From: Candidatus Adlerbacteria bacterium
GTDB lineage: Bacteria; Patescibacteriota; Minisyncoccia; Phycocordibacterales; SBAW01
DNA length: 64,000 nt
Reading direction: 5' to 3'
Assembly (NCBI GenBank): GCA_028286685.1
Contig: JAQBRA010000002.1
Coordinates: 1,073 to 65,072, forward strand
Shown: positions 54,609-64,000 of the stretch, in pieces
Position numbering within the stretch: the first letter of the stretch is position 1
How the letters are laid out: each line of letters begins with the position of its first letter
The notes under the pieces: model-generated
What the model was told of the DNA's origin: nothing
Databases searched by the model: none
Seen by the model: only the letters and a program-made list of their open reading frames with translations
Translations under genes and position numbers: made by a program

Positions 54609-56392
54609 TCGCCTGACTTCACCATCTTAAGGAAGACATCTTCCGGGATGTTTACCTTGCCGCGGCCGAGCATCTTCTTCTTGCCCTTTTTCTGCTTGTC
54701 GCGCAGCTTCATTTTGCGGGTAATGTCGCCGCCGTACATGTGCTGGGTAACATCCTTGGCCATGGCGGACAAGGTTTTGGAAGAAAGTATGCGGCCGGTA
54801 GCCACGCCCTGGATTTTGGTCGTAAACATCTGGCGCGGCAGGATTTTATATAATTTCTCCACAGCAGCAACTGCTTCCTCGTAGGCGCGATGGCTCGCCA
54901 CAATGCGCGTAAACGCGGGAACCGGCTCGTCGGCTACCAAAATATCGAGCCTGGTTACCTCCGCAGGGCGCAGCTCCCCTATCTCATAAGAAATAGAGGC
55001 GTAGCCCGAGGAGGCCGACTTTACCTTGTCAAAGAAGTTGCGCATGAGCTCGCGCAGCGGCATCGACACCTTGAGCATCATGCGCTCCTCGGAAAAGCGG
55101 TCGGTCGAGAGCGTGGTGGCCTCGTGCTCGTACAAAAGCGGCAGGAGATTGCCCAAGTACTCGCCCGGTATCAGAATCTCGGCCTCGACATACGGCTCCC
55201 ATACGTGTGCCACTTCGCCATGGTCCGGAAACAACGGCGGAGAATAGACAATGATGCGCTCGCCTGATTTGGTTTCAACCTCGTAGGTAATGGTCGGCGT
55301 CGTGACAATAAGAGAGATATCGGACTCGCGGCGCAGGCGCTCGGTGATAATTTCCAAGTGGAGCATGCCCAAAAGCCCGCAGCGGAATCCGCGACCCAAG
55401 ACGCCGGACGATTCTTCTTCGTACGAAAGCGACGAATCGGACAAGCGGAGCCGGGAGAGCGCCTGCCGCAGGCCGACAAAGTCGTCCTGGCTCTCGGGAT
55501 AGACGGATGCCCACACGACCGGCCGAGGCTCGGCGTAGCCCGACAGCGGCACGGTCTTAGTACCCTTCGCGCGTACGGTATCGCCGACGCGCGCAAAGCC
55601 CGACTCCTTGATGCCGGTTACGACATAGCCTATCGAGCCCGCGCCCAATTCCGGCACCGGGGTCGGCTGCGGCGAGAATACGCCGACCTCGAGAGCATTG
55701 AAGGTGCGGCCGCTGGCGGAAAACTCCAGAGCATCGCCCTTTTTTATGGCTCCGGCGAAGTTGCGCAAAAAGACGATGATGCCCTGGTGATCCGAGTACT
55801 GGAAGTCGAAGATGAGCGCCTTGGGTTCTTTTTCTTCCGCCTCTTTGGGCGGGGGCACCTTGGCAATGACCGCCTTCAAGAGCTCCTCAACTCCCTCGCC
55901 GGTCTTGCCCGAGCAATGGTAAATTTCGTGCGCCTCGACGCCCAGGAGCCTCATGACCTGTCCCTCTACATCCTCCACGCGCGCCAAGGGAGAGTCTATT
56001 TTGGATAGCGCCGGAACTATCACGAGCCCGAGCTGCTGGGCGCTGCGCAGCACGGTCAGCGTCTGCGCCTGCACGCCCTGGGTCGCATCGACCAGGAGTA
56101 TCGCGCCCTCCACAGCCGTCAGCGCGCGCGACACCTCGTAGCTAAAGTCGATATGGCCGGGAGTATCGATAAGGTTGAGCATGTATTCCTCTCCTTCGAG
56201 GGCGTACTTCATGCGCACCGGCTGCATTTTTATAGTGATGCCGCGCTCGCGCTCAAGGTCCATGGAATCGAGCACCTGCTCGCGCATGCGGCGAGGTTCG
56301 ATAGTCTTGGTGACCTCTAAAAAGCGATCGGCCAGGGTCGATTTACCATGGTCGATGTGGGCGATGATGGAGAAATTGCGTATGCGCTGCAC
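54605..56392 (-). CDS. lepA: elongation factor 4
   Basis: IIAHIDHGKSTLADR, DTPGHIDF, and a LepA-specific C-terminal domain. 595 aa. Confidence 0.9.
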   Translation of the reverse strand: MQRIRNFSIIAHIDHGKSTLADRFLEVTKTIEPRRMREQVLDSMDLERERGITIKMQPVRMKYALEGEEYMLNLIDTPGHIDFSYEVSRALTAVEGAILLVDATQGVQAQTLTVLRSAQQLGLVIVPALSKIDSPLARVEDVEGQVMRLLGVEAHEIYHCSGKTGEGVEELLKAVIAKVPPPKEAEEKEPKALIFDFQYSDHQGIIVFLRNFAGAIKKGDALEFSASGRTFNALEVGVFSPQPTPVPELGAGSIGYVVTGIKESGFARVGDTVRAKGTKTVPLSGYAEPRPVVWASVYPESQDDFVGLRQALSRLRLSDSSLSYEEESSGVLGRGFRCGLLGMLHLEIITERLRRESDISLIVTTPTITYEVETKSGERIIVYSPPLFPDHGEVAHVWEPYVEAEILIPGEYLGNLLPLLYEHEATTLSTDRFSEERMMLKVSMPLRELMRNFFDKVKSASSGYASISYEIGELRPAEVTRLDILVADEPVPAFTRIVASHRAYEEAVAAVEKLYKILPRQMFTTKIQGVATGRILSSKTLSAMAKDVTQHMYGGDITRKMKLRDKQKKGKKKMLGRGKVNIPEDVFLKMVKSGD

Positions 56393-56424
56393 TGCACTAA
56401 ACTACCATTTTTAAGGCCTAAAAA

Positions 56425-58095
56425 CTAGCTCGATACATCAGTCGGCTCCAAAATAACCTTAGGCGGCATAAAGCGGTTTTTAAGCGCCAGGTACGTCTCC
56501 GCAATCTCCTTGTTTTTAAGCAGGTAAAGTACCACGGCCGTCACCATAAGCCCCACTGCGCCGCCCACAAAGCCTTGGGTCAAAATGCCGGCAGTAGTAT
56601 TTATATCGACCAAGAGGCCCATGACGGTAAGCGCGACATAAGCCGCGCCGCCGCCCACTATCGAGGCGCCCAGGCTTTCAAACGAGAGCCTCCATAGCGG
56701 CCCCAGGGTCAGCTTGAAGTCGCGGCGCAAGTGCCAGAAGCCGGCCGCAAACCCCGCCAAAGAGCCCAGGGTCATCGCTAGCGCAAGCATGAGGACCGTC
56801 GTGCCCGTGAGGTCGGAAACGCGCAGCATGGCCTCGAGCATGTCGCGCCAGAGGTAATTGCCGTGGAACACCGCAATGAATAGCAGCGCCGAGAGCACCG
56901 AGACGCACACAGTCGTTAATCCGAAATAAAAAGGCTTGGACGTATTGCCTGCCGCATAATACGCGCGGGCAATGAGCATCGATACCGACTGCGCGAGCAG
57001 GGACACGACAAACAGCGCCAGCGCAGCGGCGGTGAGCTTGGTCGCCCCCCAATCGAACGCGCCGGAGCCGAGTATTGCGCGCACCAGCTGCGCGCGCAAA
57101 ACGATTATGAGCACCGTTGCAGGTATGGTCCAGAAGAATATGTGGCGCAGCGCCACCTCAACGTGCCGCGCAAATTCCGAGAGTTCCCCGCCCGCATGGA
57201 GCTTGGAGAGCGTCGGGAATGCCGCGACCGAGTACGACACGCCGATAATAGTCAGCGGCACGGCCTGCAGGTTCCAGCCGAACATGAATACTGCAATGGA
57301 GCCCGGCGCCATAAACGACGCCAGCGCAGTGAGGATGATGAGCGATATCTGCCCGGCGCCCAAGGAAAGCGTGCGCGGCACCGAGAGGCTCAGCACTTTC
57401 CACAGCTCGCGGCGCGACTCGCGCCACGGCATGTGCGTCTGCGGGCGCTCGACCGCAAAGAACGGGAGCTGGACGAGCATATGGAGCGCCGCGCCTATAA
57501 CCACGCCCCACGCGAGGCCCGCAAGCCCCATGCGCGGATACAAAAATACGATACCCGATATGATGCCTAGGTTATATAAAAGCGGCGATATGGAATAGAG
57601 GAAGAACCGGTGCCGCATCTGGGTCAAGTTAGCGAGGATGTTTGAGGCGCCCAAGAATATCGGCTGCAGGAGCAGTATGCGCGCGAGCAGTACCAAGTCG
57701 GGATTTGCAATGCCCGGTGCGATAAGCTGCAGGAGCCAGGGCGCGAGCATGAACACTACCAGCGATATGGCTCCCATTGCCGCAAAGAAAAATAAGAGCA
57801 TCTGCCGCAGGAAGGAAATCATGTGCCCCTCGTCGGTCTCGGCAAGCCTCGAGAGCACCGGCAAGAGCGCATACAGCGACAGGAGCGAAGCGACGGTAGC
57901 AAACAGCAAGTCCGGAATGCGGAATGCCGCATAGTACACGTCGAGTGTATGCGACGCGCCGAACTCCGCCGCCAAGAGCCGGTCGCGCACCAAGGCCAGA
58001 AGCTGGCTGCCCAAGGCAAAAGCCGCCAGCAAGTAGGCGGCCTGATGCATCCCGCGGACCTCGCGCCCTATGACGCTTAAAAAAGCTCGTACCAC
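56425..58095 (-). CDS. murJ: lipid II flippase MurJ
   Basis: 14-TM MviN/MurJ family, 556 aa. Confidence 0.8.
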   Translation of the reverse strand: MVRAFLSVIGREVRGMHQAAYLLAAFALGSQLLALVRDRLLAAEFGASHTLDVYYAAFRIPDLLFATVASLLSLYALLPVLSRLAETDEGHMISFLRQMLLFFFAAMGAISLVVFMLAPWLLQLIAPGIANPDLVLLARILLLQPIFLGASNILANLTQMRHRFFLYSISPLLYNLGIISGIVFLYPRMGLAGLAWGVVIGAALHMLVQLPFFAVERPQTHMPWRESRRELWKVLSLSVPRTLSLGAGQISLIILTALASFMAPGSIAVFMFGWNLQAVPLTIIGVSYSVAAFPTLSKLHAGGELSEFARHVEVALRHIFFWTIPATVLIIVLRAQLVRAILGSGAFDWGATKLTAAALALFVVSLLAQSVSMLIARAYYAAGNTSKPFYFGLTTVCVSVLSALLFIAVFHGNYLWRDMLEAMLRVSDLTGTTVLMLALAMTLGSLAGFAAGFWHLRRDFKLTLGPLWRLSFESLGASIVGGGAAYVALTVMGLLVDINTTAGILTQGFVGGAVGLMVTAVVLYLLKNKEIAETYLALKNRFMPPKVILEPTDVSS

Positions 58096-58181
58096 TCCCC
58101 CATTTTACCTTGGAATATAAGGAAAAGACACAAAACCGCCGCCCGTGATGGGCGGCGGTTTTAGTTAGAGCAAGGTCGCGC

Positions 58182-60512
58182 TTATTCCTGCACCGGAGCG
58201 GTGGTGGATTGGGTCGGGGTGGTCGTCGCTCCCTCGAGCGCCGGCTTGCCCGCCTGCATGTTGCTTATGACCAGCTTGATTTCCTGATTGTCCGGATTGG
58301 TGCGAACCAAGTCCTGGAACAACTGCAGCGCTTCTACCTGGCGGCTCTGCGTGTAGTAGCTGAGACCCAGGAAGTACTTGGCGTTCGCATAATCGGCCTG
58401 GATCTTGAGCGCCTGCTCAAGCGGCGCGATAGCCTCCTTCGGGGCTCCGCCTGCGTAGTACAGCAAGCCGAGCTGGAACCACAGGGGCGCTACGCCCGGC
58501 GCCGACTGCACCGCAGCCTGTGCGGCCTGGACCGCCGAGTTAAGGTCGTTGTTGGCGACATTGAGCTGTACCAGGAACAGGATCGCGTCAGTGTAGTTGG
58601 GCTTCTGGGTCAGCGAAGCGCGCAGGTACTCGATAGTGCCCGCCTGATCGCCGTTCATAGCCGAGAGGCGCGACAGCGCGAGCGTAATGGTCGGATTCTG
58701 CGGATTGCGGCTCAGTGCGGCCAGATACGTAGAGCTTGCCTGGGCATACGCGCCCTCTACCTTAAGCGAGGAGAGCAGGTCGTATACGCGCGCCATGGAG
58801 AGGAGCGGCCGGTAATCATCCGGATTTGCGGCGATGGCTTTCTGGCCGGCAGCAATAGTCGACTGCAGAGCGGCGGCAAACTGGGTCTGCAGGTCCGCAG
58901 CAGGAGTGTTTGTATTCTGCGCGAGGCCTGCCAATTTGGTGCCGCCTGCATCTACCTGGAGGCGCAAGGCGTCGCCGATAGACTCAATGCCCTCGGCTTT
59001 GACTGCCAGTGCGAGCGCCTCGTCTGCATTGCCGTTTGCCAAGGCAACGCTTGCCTTGCCGACATACACCTCGGCCAAAGCGCGCTGCGAAGTCTTAGCG
59101 GATGCCACGAGCGCAGCGATAATGATGAGCATGCCGAGCGCCAGCGCGTAGAGCTGCACGGGGCGGCTCGGAGCCTCTTCCGTAACTGCAGGACGCCCCT
59201 GGCGCCACAAGAAGCCGAAGGATGCTCCGGCCAAAGTAAGAGCCAAGAGGATAAGGTTTTGGCTCGGGACATAGAAGATCATGGATGCCAAAAGCAGGAA
59301 GCTGCCTGCGGCGAGCGCCATGGCAAGGCCCTTGTCCTCGCGGTTGAGCACCGATACGCGCCAAGCGCGTGCCAAAGCGGCAAGCACCAGGAGGAACGGC
59401 AGTATCCAAGCCAAGACGCCGAGCACGCCTACGGTGCCGAGCGCAGTCGTGAGCGTCGAGAAGCCGACGTTAAAGTCGAGATTCCAGAACGCGGACTGGT
59501 TAACCTCAGCCGGCTTGTGGGCCAGCCACAACTCGCCAAAGGTGTTAGGGCCCGTGCCGGTAAGTGTGCGACCAAACGAGCCGTCGCGGCCTGCCGAGAG
59601 TACGGCCTGAGTAGACTGGTAGGAAGGGCGGACCTCCAAGGAAGATACGGGGAAGATCGACGTGAGGCCGGTATTGAACAGCGGGCCCCAGAAGATGAAG
59701 GCGATCGAAACCATGGCGGAGCCGATGGCGATCCACGGCATGCGGCCCATAAGGCCGCGGGGCACATGCTGGACTTCGCCCTCCTCGCCGCGATGCGAGA
59801 TAAACGAGTAGAGACCGACGCACAGCGAGGCGACCAGGACCAAGGCCCATGCCAAGCTAAAGTTGACGAACGCCAAGAGGAGTACTAGCGCGACGCCCAA
59901 TACCATAGAGCCGATGCGCATCAGGTTGGACGAGCGGCGCAGCTCTATTTGTACGAGAACAAAGAGGAACGCGAGCGAAGCCAAGAGGCCAAGATCGTTC
60001 CACTTGCCCACGAGGTTGACCGAGCGGTCGGCAAACGTCTGGAACGGTATGACCGAGGTGCCAAAGAGTATGGCGATGAACTGGAATACGACTGCGGCGA
60101 CCAGCGCCCACAGGACCGTCGTGTAGAGCAGGCGTGCGGTGCGCTGAGTGCGGAAGAGCGCCGACGAGAAGACGAAGGCGAGCGCGGCGAGCGTCGTAAA
60201 GAGGACTGTGTCCCACTCTACGCTAAAGCCGCTCCATGAAACGGTGGAGTCGAGCGATAGGAAGGCCGATAATGTATAAGCGGCCGGCAGCAAGAACACG
60301 GCGAGCGTCGCCCAAGCCCCATGCGAACGGACGAACTCGCGCATGCCGCCCCCGGCGACAAACAGCACCGCCGCTCCAAGAAGGAGTGCGGCAAACACGG
60401 CTACCTTTGCTAATTGAAACGGGAACCACGCGGTCGGGATGACCAGCACCAAGGCAAGAACGATACCTGCCAGGTACAGGCCCCGAGACCACGCCTGTAG
60501 TCTTGAGTACAT
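58182..60512 (-). CDS. O-antigen-ligase-like (Wzy_C) membrane protein fused to C-terminal TPR repeats
   Basis: N-terminal polytopic domain of about 450 aa, then a TPR-like region (ALRLQVDAGG..., LGLLYYAGGAPKEAIAPLEQAL...). Confidence 0.6.
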   Translation of the reverse strand: MYSRLQAWSRGLYLAGIVLALVLVIPTAWFPFQLAKVAVFAALLLGAAVLFVAGGGMREFVRSHGAWATLAVFLLPAAYTLSAFLSLDSTVSWSGFSVEWDTVLFTTLAALAFVFSSALFRTQRTARLLYTTVLWALVAAVVFQFIAILFGTSVIPFQTFADRSVNLVGKWNDLGLLASLAFLFVLVQIELRRSSNLMRIGSMVLGVALVLLLAFVNFSLAWALVLVASLCVGLYSFISHRGEEGEVQHVPRGLMGRMPWIAIGSAMVSIAFIFWGPLFNTGLTSIFPVSSLEVRPSYQSTQAVLSAGRDGSFGRTLTGTGPNTFGELWLAHKPAEVNQSAFWNLDFNVGFSTLTTALGTVGVLGVLAWILPFLLVLAALARAWRVSVLNREDKGLAMALAAGSFLLLASMIFYVPSQNLILLALTLAGASFGFLWRQGRPAVTEEAPSRPVQLYALALGMLIIIAALVASAKTSQRALAEVYVGKASVALANGNADEALALAVKAEGIESIGDALRLQVDAGGTKLAGLAQNTNTPAADLQTQFAAALQSTIAAGQKAIAANPDDYRPLLSMARVYDLLSSLKVEGAYAQASSTYLAALSRNPQNPTITLALSRLSAMNGDQAGTIEYLRASLTQKPNYTDAILFLVQLNVANNDLNSAVQAAQAAVQSAPGVAPLWFQLGLLYYAGGAPKEAIAPLEQALKIQADYANAKYFLGLSYYTQSRQVEALQLFQDLVRTNPDNQEIKLVISNMQAGKPALEGATTTPTQSTTAPVQE

Positions 60513-60649
60513 ATACGATTATGCTTAAGAAGGGCACGATGCCCTCCCCTATTAATACGAACCTCTATCAGTATAAACCCAAGTTTAAAGAAAATATGGA
60601 AAGATGGGGACAGCAAGGCGAAACCCCGGCAGTTAGCCGGGGTCCTCGC

Positions 60650-60942
60650 ATTTAGCGCGCGCGTCTGTAAGCCGAGTTCTGTCGTGGGCTGCAATTTATC
60701 TGGGCCCAGAGTCGCCCCTGGGCTCGAGCGGCACTCCGCAGTTGCCTGCGGCACGGCCTTGCACCCGGGTAGGGATTTTGCCGTTTCACCCGAACTAAAT
60801 CGGTTCGTCACTGTTCGCACCCCTTACGACCGCTAATATCGTACGGCAGGCGTTACCTGCTACCTTGCTACTGCAGTTGCCCGCAGTGGGAGCTCGGACT
60901 TTCCTCTCCGTCTTGCGACAGAGCTGCAACCAAACGCGCTTT
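60650..60942 (-). ncRNA. rnpB: RNase P RNA (bacterial type A, compact)
   Basis: The minus-strand transcript contains AGGAAAGUCCGAGCUCC (P4 5' strand), GGUAACGCCUGCC, GGGUGAAACGGC and ACAGAACUCGGCUUA (P4 3' strand). P1 pairs GCGCGUUUG with CAGACGCGC, and a hairpin follows. Confidence 0.75.
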
Positions 60943-60944
60943 TA

Positions 60945-61424
60945 CTATTGTACCACGATTTTCTGTCCTTCGGCAATGCCGTGCTTTGCGGCAAAGCCGG
61001 CCGGAACTTCAAGCACATAGCGAGCAGGCTGTGTCGGCCTGAACACCTCAGGGAAGCTTTCAGGGGCGACTAGAGGCGCAATGGTGACTATAGTGCCGTC
61101 TGCGGCAACCCAGATGATATCGAGCGGAATGAGCGTATCTTTCATCCAAAAAGCCCACAACTCGTCGGTATCAAATACGAACCACATGCCCCGGCCTTCT
61201 TCCAGACGGTTGCGGCCGCCTAAGCCCCGCTCGCGCAAAGGGTCAGTATCGGCGACCTCGGCCACTACCTCAGTTGAGCCCAGGGAAAGAGTGACGGTTG
61301 AATGCGTGGTCATGGGAGTAGGTACCAGAGCGGGGCGCTGCCCATAAAGCACGAAAGCCGCCCCCAGGGCGGCCGCCAGTGCTAAAAGTATGAGCGGCAG
61401 TTGTAGTGCGGCCCTCACAGGCAA
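60945..61424 (-). CDS. DUF192-family protein
   Basis: GMWFVFDTDELWAFWMKDTLIPLDIIWVAADGTIV is a typical DUF192 core. Signal anchor. Confidence 0.6.
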   Translation of the reverse strand: MPVRAALQLPLILLALAAALGAAFVLYGQRPALVPTPMTTHSTVTLSLGSTEVVAEVADTDPLRERGLGGRNRLEEGRGMWFVFDTDELWAFWMKDTLIPLDIIWVAADGTIVTIAPLVAPESFPEVFRPTQPARYVLEVPAGFAAKHGIAEGQKIVVQ

Positions 61425-61685
61425 TTAGGAGAGGTGCTTGGAGACAAGCTTGGTCATCTCGAACATGTTTACCATGTCCTTGCCGCCGAAGACCTTCTTG
61501 AGGTTCTCGTCAGCGTTGATGTTGCGCTTGTTGGTAGGGTCCTGGAGATCGTGCTTCTTGATGTATACCCAGAGAGCCTTAACGACCTCGGAGCGGGGCA
61601 TAGGGCCCTTGCCCACTACCTCGGCGAGATCATCGCTGATCTGCATCGGCTTCATAAATGCGGAATTTGCTTTTGCGGGTGCCAT
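61425..61685 (-). CDS. SWIB/MDM2-domain protein
   Basis: MQISDDLAEVVGKGPMPRSEVVKALWVYIKKHDLQDPTNKRNINADENLKKVFG. Confidence 0.7.
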   Translation of the reverse strand: MAPAKANSAFMKPMQISDDLAEVVGKGPMPRSEVVKALWVYIKKHDLQDPTNKRNINADENLKKVFGGKDMVNMFEMTKLVSKHLS

Positions 61686-61783
61686 AAGATTTGTATGTAA
61701 ACTAACTATTTCTAAACGGTTAATAAGACCTGTCTATAGTATACCAGCCCTGCTTAGGCGCAAGGGGGCCTGTTTTACAACTG

Positions 61784-61868
61784 CGGAGGCGGTGAGATTC
61801 GAACTCACGGTGGGTTGCCCCACGCCGCCTTTCCAAGGCGGTGCACTAGACCGCTATGCGACGCCTCC
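61784..61868 (-). tRNA. tRNA-Ser(GGA)
   Basis: The reverse complement reads GGAGGCGTCGCATAGCGGTCTAGTGCACCGCCTTGGAAAGGCGG...long variable arm...GTTCGAATCTCACCGCCTCCG. Confidence 0.8.
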
Positions 61869-61907
61869 AGTGCTCATACAAAATACCCTTATTTCGGCCA
61901 AAGATAA

Positions 61908-61945
61908 AGGCCGGATTTCTCCTTCGAGGAATCCGGCCTGCCGCG
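61908..61945 (-). terminator. rho-independent terminator
   Basis: aaggccggatt...aatccggcct hairpin. Confidence 0.55.
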
Positions 61946-61951
61946 TAGCAG

Positions 61952-62275
61952 CTATTTGTGGCGTTTGCCGAAGGTGGTCCGATTCTTCTGGCCGCCCGCT
62001 GACGTCTGATAGATTGTCCGTTTCGGCCTGTCGTCCACCCGAGCCTTCGGCTGCTGGGTCGGCGCCGGGCGCTCATACAGCTTGGCGAAGTCCGACATTG
62101 TCGGGCTTTGTCGAGCCGTAGTTTCGTGCGCGGGCAGAAGCTGCTCGCCTTCCATCCGACCAGAAGGCTCAAACGCCTTCGAAGGCCGCGGTATAAAACC
62201 GGCGTTTCGCGTATTGATGATCGATTTTTCGGTCACGCGGCCGCCGCTGCGCCGTTCAAAAACCACCTGCACCAT
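61952..62275 (-). CDS. hypothetical basic protein
   Basis: 107-aa ORF ending ...GGQKNRTTFGKRHK, with a terminator downstream. Confidence 0.3.
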   Translation of the reverse strand: MVQVVFERRSGGRVTEKSIINTRNAGFIPRPSKAFEPSGRMEGEQLLPAHETTARQSPTMSDFAKLYERPAPTQQPKARVDDRPKRTIYQTSAGGQKNRTTFGKRHK

Positions 62276-62377
62276 AGTAAGGTCCCCGCTTTAGCCTCTC
62301 CCCCACGGAGAGGCTTACTTCATTAATAGTAGCATATTTGACCCAAAAAGTCAAGCACTACTATAACAGCCTTTCAA

Positions 62378-63268
62378 TTACTGGCTTAGCAGCGCCTTAA
62401 TCCGCTGCTCTACCGGCGGATGGGTCAAAAATAGCCGGGCTAGGCCGCTCATGGCCGCCTTGGGGCCGAATGGGTTTGAGATATACAGGTGCGCTGTGGC
62501 GTTATTGGCGCGGCGCATGGGTGCCTGGTAGCCGCCGATTTTGCGCAGCGCGTTTGCCAGACCCTCCGGGTAGCGGGTTAGCAGTGCGCCCGATGCGTCT
62601 GCCAGAAACTCGCGCTTGCGCGATATCGCAAGCTGAATGAGCGTGGCGACTATGGGAGAAAGAACGATGAGCACCACCGCAACAATCATGAGTATCGGGT
62701 TTTTGTTATCGCGATCGTTGTTCCCTCCCCCAAATAGGGTCGAGCGCAAGAAAAAGTCAGAGGCCAAGGTAACAAAGCCCACCAAGACCACTGCCACGGT
62801 CGACACTAGCATGTCGCGGTTGCCGATATGCGAAAGTTCGTGCGCGATAACCCCTTCAAGCTCCGTGCGTTCCATCATGCCTAAAAGACCTGTGGTAACC
62901 GCGACAGCCGCATGCTCCTTGTTGCGGCCGGTGGCAAAAGCGTTGGGTGCCGGGTCATCAATCACATACACCTTCGGCTTGGGCAGGCCCGCCGTAATAG
63001 CCAGGTTTTCGACAATATTATTGAGCTCGGGATACTGCGCGTCGCTTGCCGGCTTGGCGCCACTCATGGCAATGACCACCTTGTCGGAGCTCCAGTAGGC
63101 CCATACGTTGGTAACAATGGAGAATACAACCGCGATAAGCAGGATCGAGGGATTATTAAAATAGTACGACAGCGCCCAGCCGATAAGCACGACCACGCCC
63201 AAGAACCCGGCCATAAGTATCCAAGTCTTGGCGATGTTTGACTCTTGATGCGTGTATAGCGTTGCCAT
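62378..63268 (-). CDS. htpX: zinc metalloprotease HtpX (M48)
   Basis: HELSHIGNRD (HEXXH) and four TM segments. Confidence 0.85.
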   Translation of the reverse strand: MATLYTHQESNIAKTWILMAGFLGVVVLIGWALSYYFNNPSILLIAVVFSIVTNVWAYWSSDKVVIAMSGAKPASDAQYPELNNIVENLAITAGLPKPKVYVIDDPAPNAFATGRNKEHAAVAVTTGLLGMMERTELEGVIAHELSHIGNRDMLVSTVAVVLVGFVTLASDFFLRSTLFGGGNNDRDNKNPILMIVAVVLIVLSPIVATLIQLAISRKREFLADASGALLTRYPEGLANALRKIGGYQAPMRRANNATAHLYISNPFGPKAAMSGLARLFLTHPPVEQRIKALLSQ

Positions 63269-63771
63269 TAGTTTGTTTTATTGAGACGCTCCTCGACCAT
63301 CTCTATTTCATGGTCGATGCCCTGGATAAGCTCGTAGTTTTTAACCTCGCTTGCAAGCACCCAGGCAAACTCGGTTGCATCCTCGTCCAGAACAACCTCG
63401 CCACCCTCGTACTTGCAGTAAAAGCTCAGGACGATTGCCGGAACGCCGTCGGGGCGGATAAAGGTCAGGTCCAAGAGGTACTGCGCATCGGACACCTCAA
63501 TCCCCACCTCTTCCTTAATCTCGCGCTTAAGGGTGTTTTCGACCGCGCCGTACCACTGCGGACTCTCGGAGTTGGCATAGGTAGCCTCCCCGTCCATGTA
63601 GTCCTTGGTCTCAAGACCGCCGCCCGGCACCGTCCACATGTTGGGCCACGCCTTTTTAGTCGGTGCTCTCTTGGTTATAAGGTAGCGGTAGCCGTCCACG
63701 TCTTTGCGCCAAATGATACCGGTTATAGCGATCCGATGAAGATCGGAGTAGATGGGAGTGGGTACCTCCAT
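63268..63771 (-). CDS. NUDIX hydrolase
   Basis: Nudix box GGLETKDYMDGE...REIKEEVGIE. Start taken at the internal Met (MEVPTPIY). Confidence 0.7.
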   Translation of the reverse strand: MEVPTPIYSDLHRIAITGIIWRKDVDGYRYLITKRAPTKKAWPNMWTVPGGGLETKDYMDGEATYANSESPQWYGAVENTLKREIKEEVGIEVSDAQYLLDLTFIRPDGVPAIVLSFYCKYEGGEVVLDEDATEFAWVLASEVKNYELIQGIDHEIEMVEERLNKTN

Positions 63772-63775
63772 AGAG

Positions 63776-64000
63776 TTAGAACTTAACTGCGACCGGCTGG
63801 CGGGCAGCCGCATCAATCTCGCCCAACTCGAAGAACTCGCGCGGCTCGAAGCGGAACGTGCTGGCAATGACATTGCCCGGGAAGCTTTCTACCGAAGTGT
63901 TGAGGTCGCGCACATTGGTGTTGTAGAAACGGCGCGCAGCTTGAATTTTATTTTCCGTATCCGAAAGTTCGCGCTGGAGCTCCAGGAAGTTGGTGTTGGC
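63776..64000 (-). CDS. lemA: LemA-family protein (5' end outside window)
   Basis: Reverse translation gives ...ENKIQAARRFYNTNVRDLNTSVESFPGNVIASTFRFEPREFFELGE... Confidence 0.7.
   Translation of the reverse strand, partial: ANTNFLELQRELSDTENKIQAARRFYNTNVRDLNTSVESFPGNVIASTFRFEPREFFELGEIDAAARQPVAVKF

Overview
This is a 64 kb window from a high-GC (roughly 60%) genome, and the gene content looks like a reduced-genome bacterium of the CPR/Patescibacteria type. That lineage call is an inference from the short 502-aa IF-2, the 4-domain ribosomal protein S1, the short ValRS, the tandem array of small VirB2/TrbC-like pilin paralogs and the O-antigen-ligase+TPR fusion. The housekeeping backbone is clpB (partial), cysteine desulfurase, infB-rbfA, gyrA, rpsA, pth, lepB, rpsU-ybeY-ftsA-ftsZ, trxB, tsaD, valS, hsp20, lepA, murJ, htpX, nudix, lemA (partial) and an RNase P RNA gene. 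There are eleven tRNA genes, and several of them sit next to lower-GC islets. Accessory and unusual content: (1) a family of three ~150-170-nt repeat elements with covarying hairpins, each immediately 3' of a tRNA gene (Cys, Lys, Gly) and each ending in a 16-20-nt duplicate of that tRNA's 3' end; (2) a low-GC FemAB/GNAT-like gene bracketed by two of these elements and four tRNAs; (3) an SPFH/flotillin operon with its own strong promoter; (4) a secreted His-rich protein built from about 20 hexapeptide (18-bp) repeats; (5) five tandem T4SS-pilin-like paralogs next to a membrane-anchored solute-binding protein; (6) an exopolysaccharide locus (processive GT2 synthase, UDP-sugar dehydrogenase, two polysaccharide deacetylases, and two paralogous secreted proteins sharing a novel N-terminal domain, one of them fused to a LamG lectin through a (TP)n linker); and (7) several degenerate enzyme-family paralogs (S1 protease without His, receiver domain without acidic pocket, HisRS-like without motif-2 arginines). 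Derived coordinates, as opposed to those taken from the ORF track, may be off by 1-2 nt.
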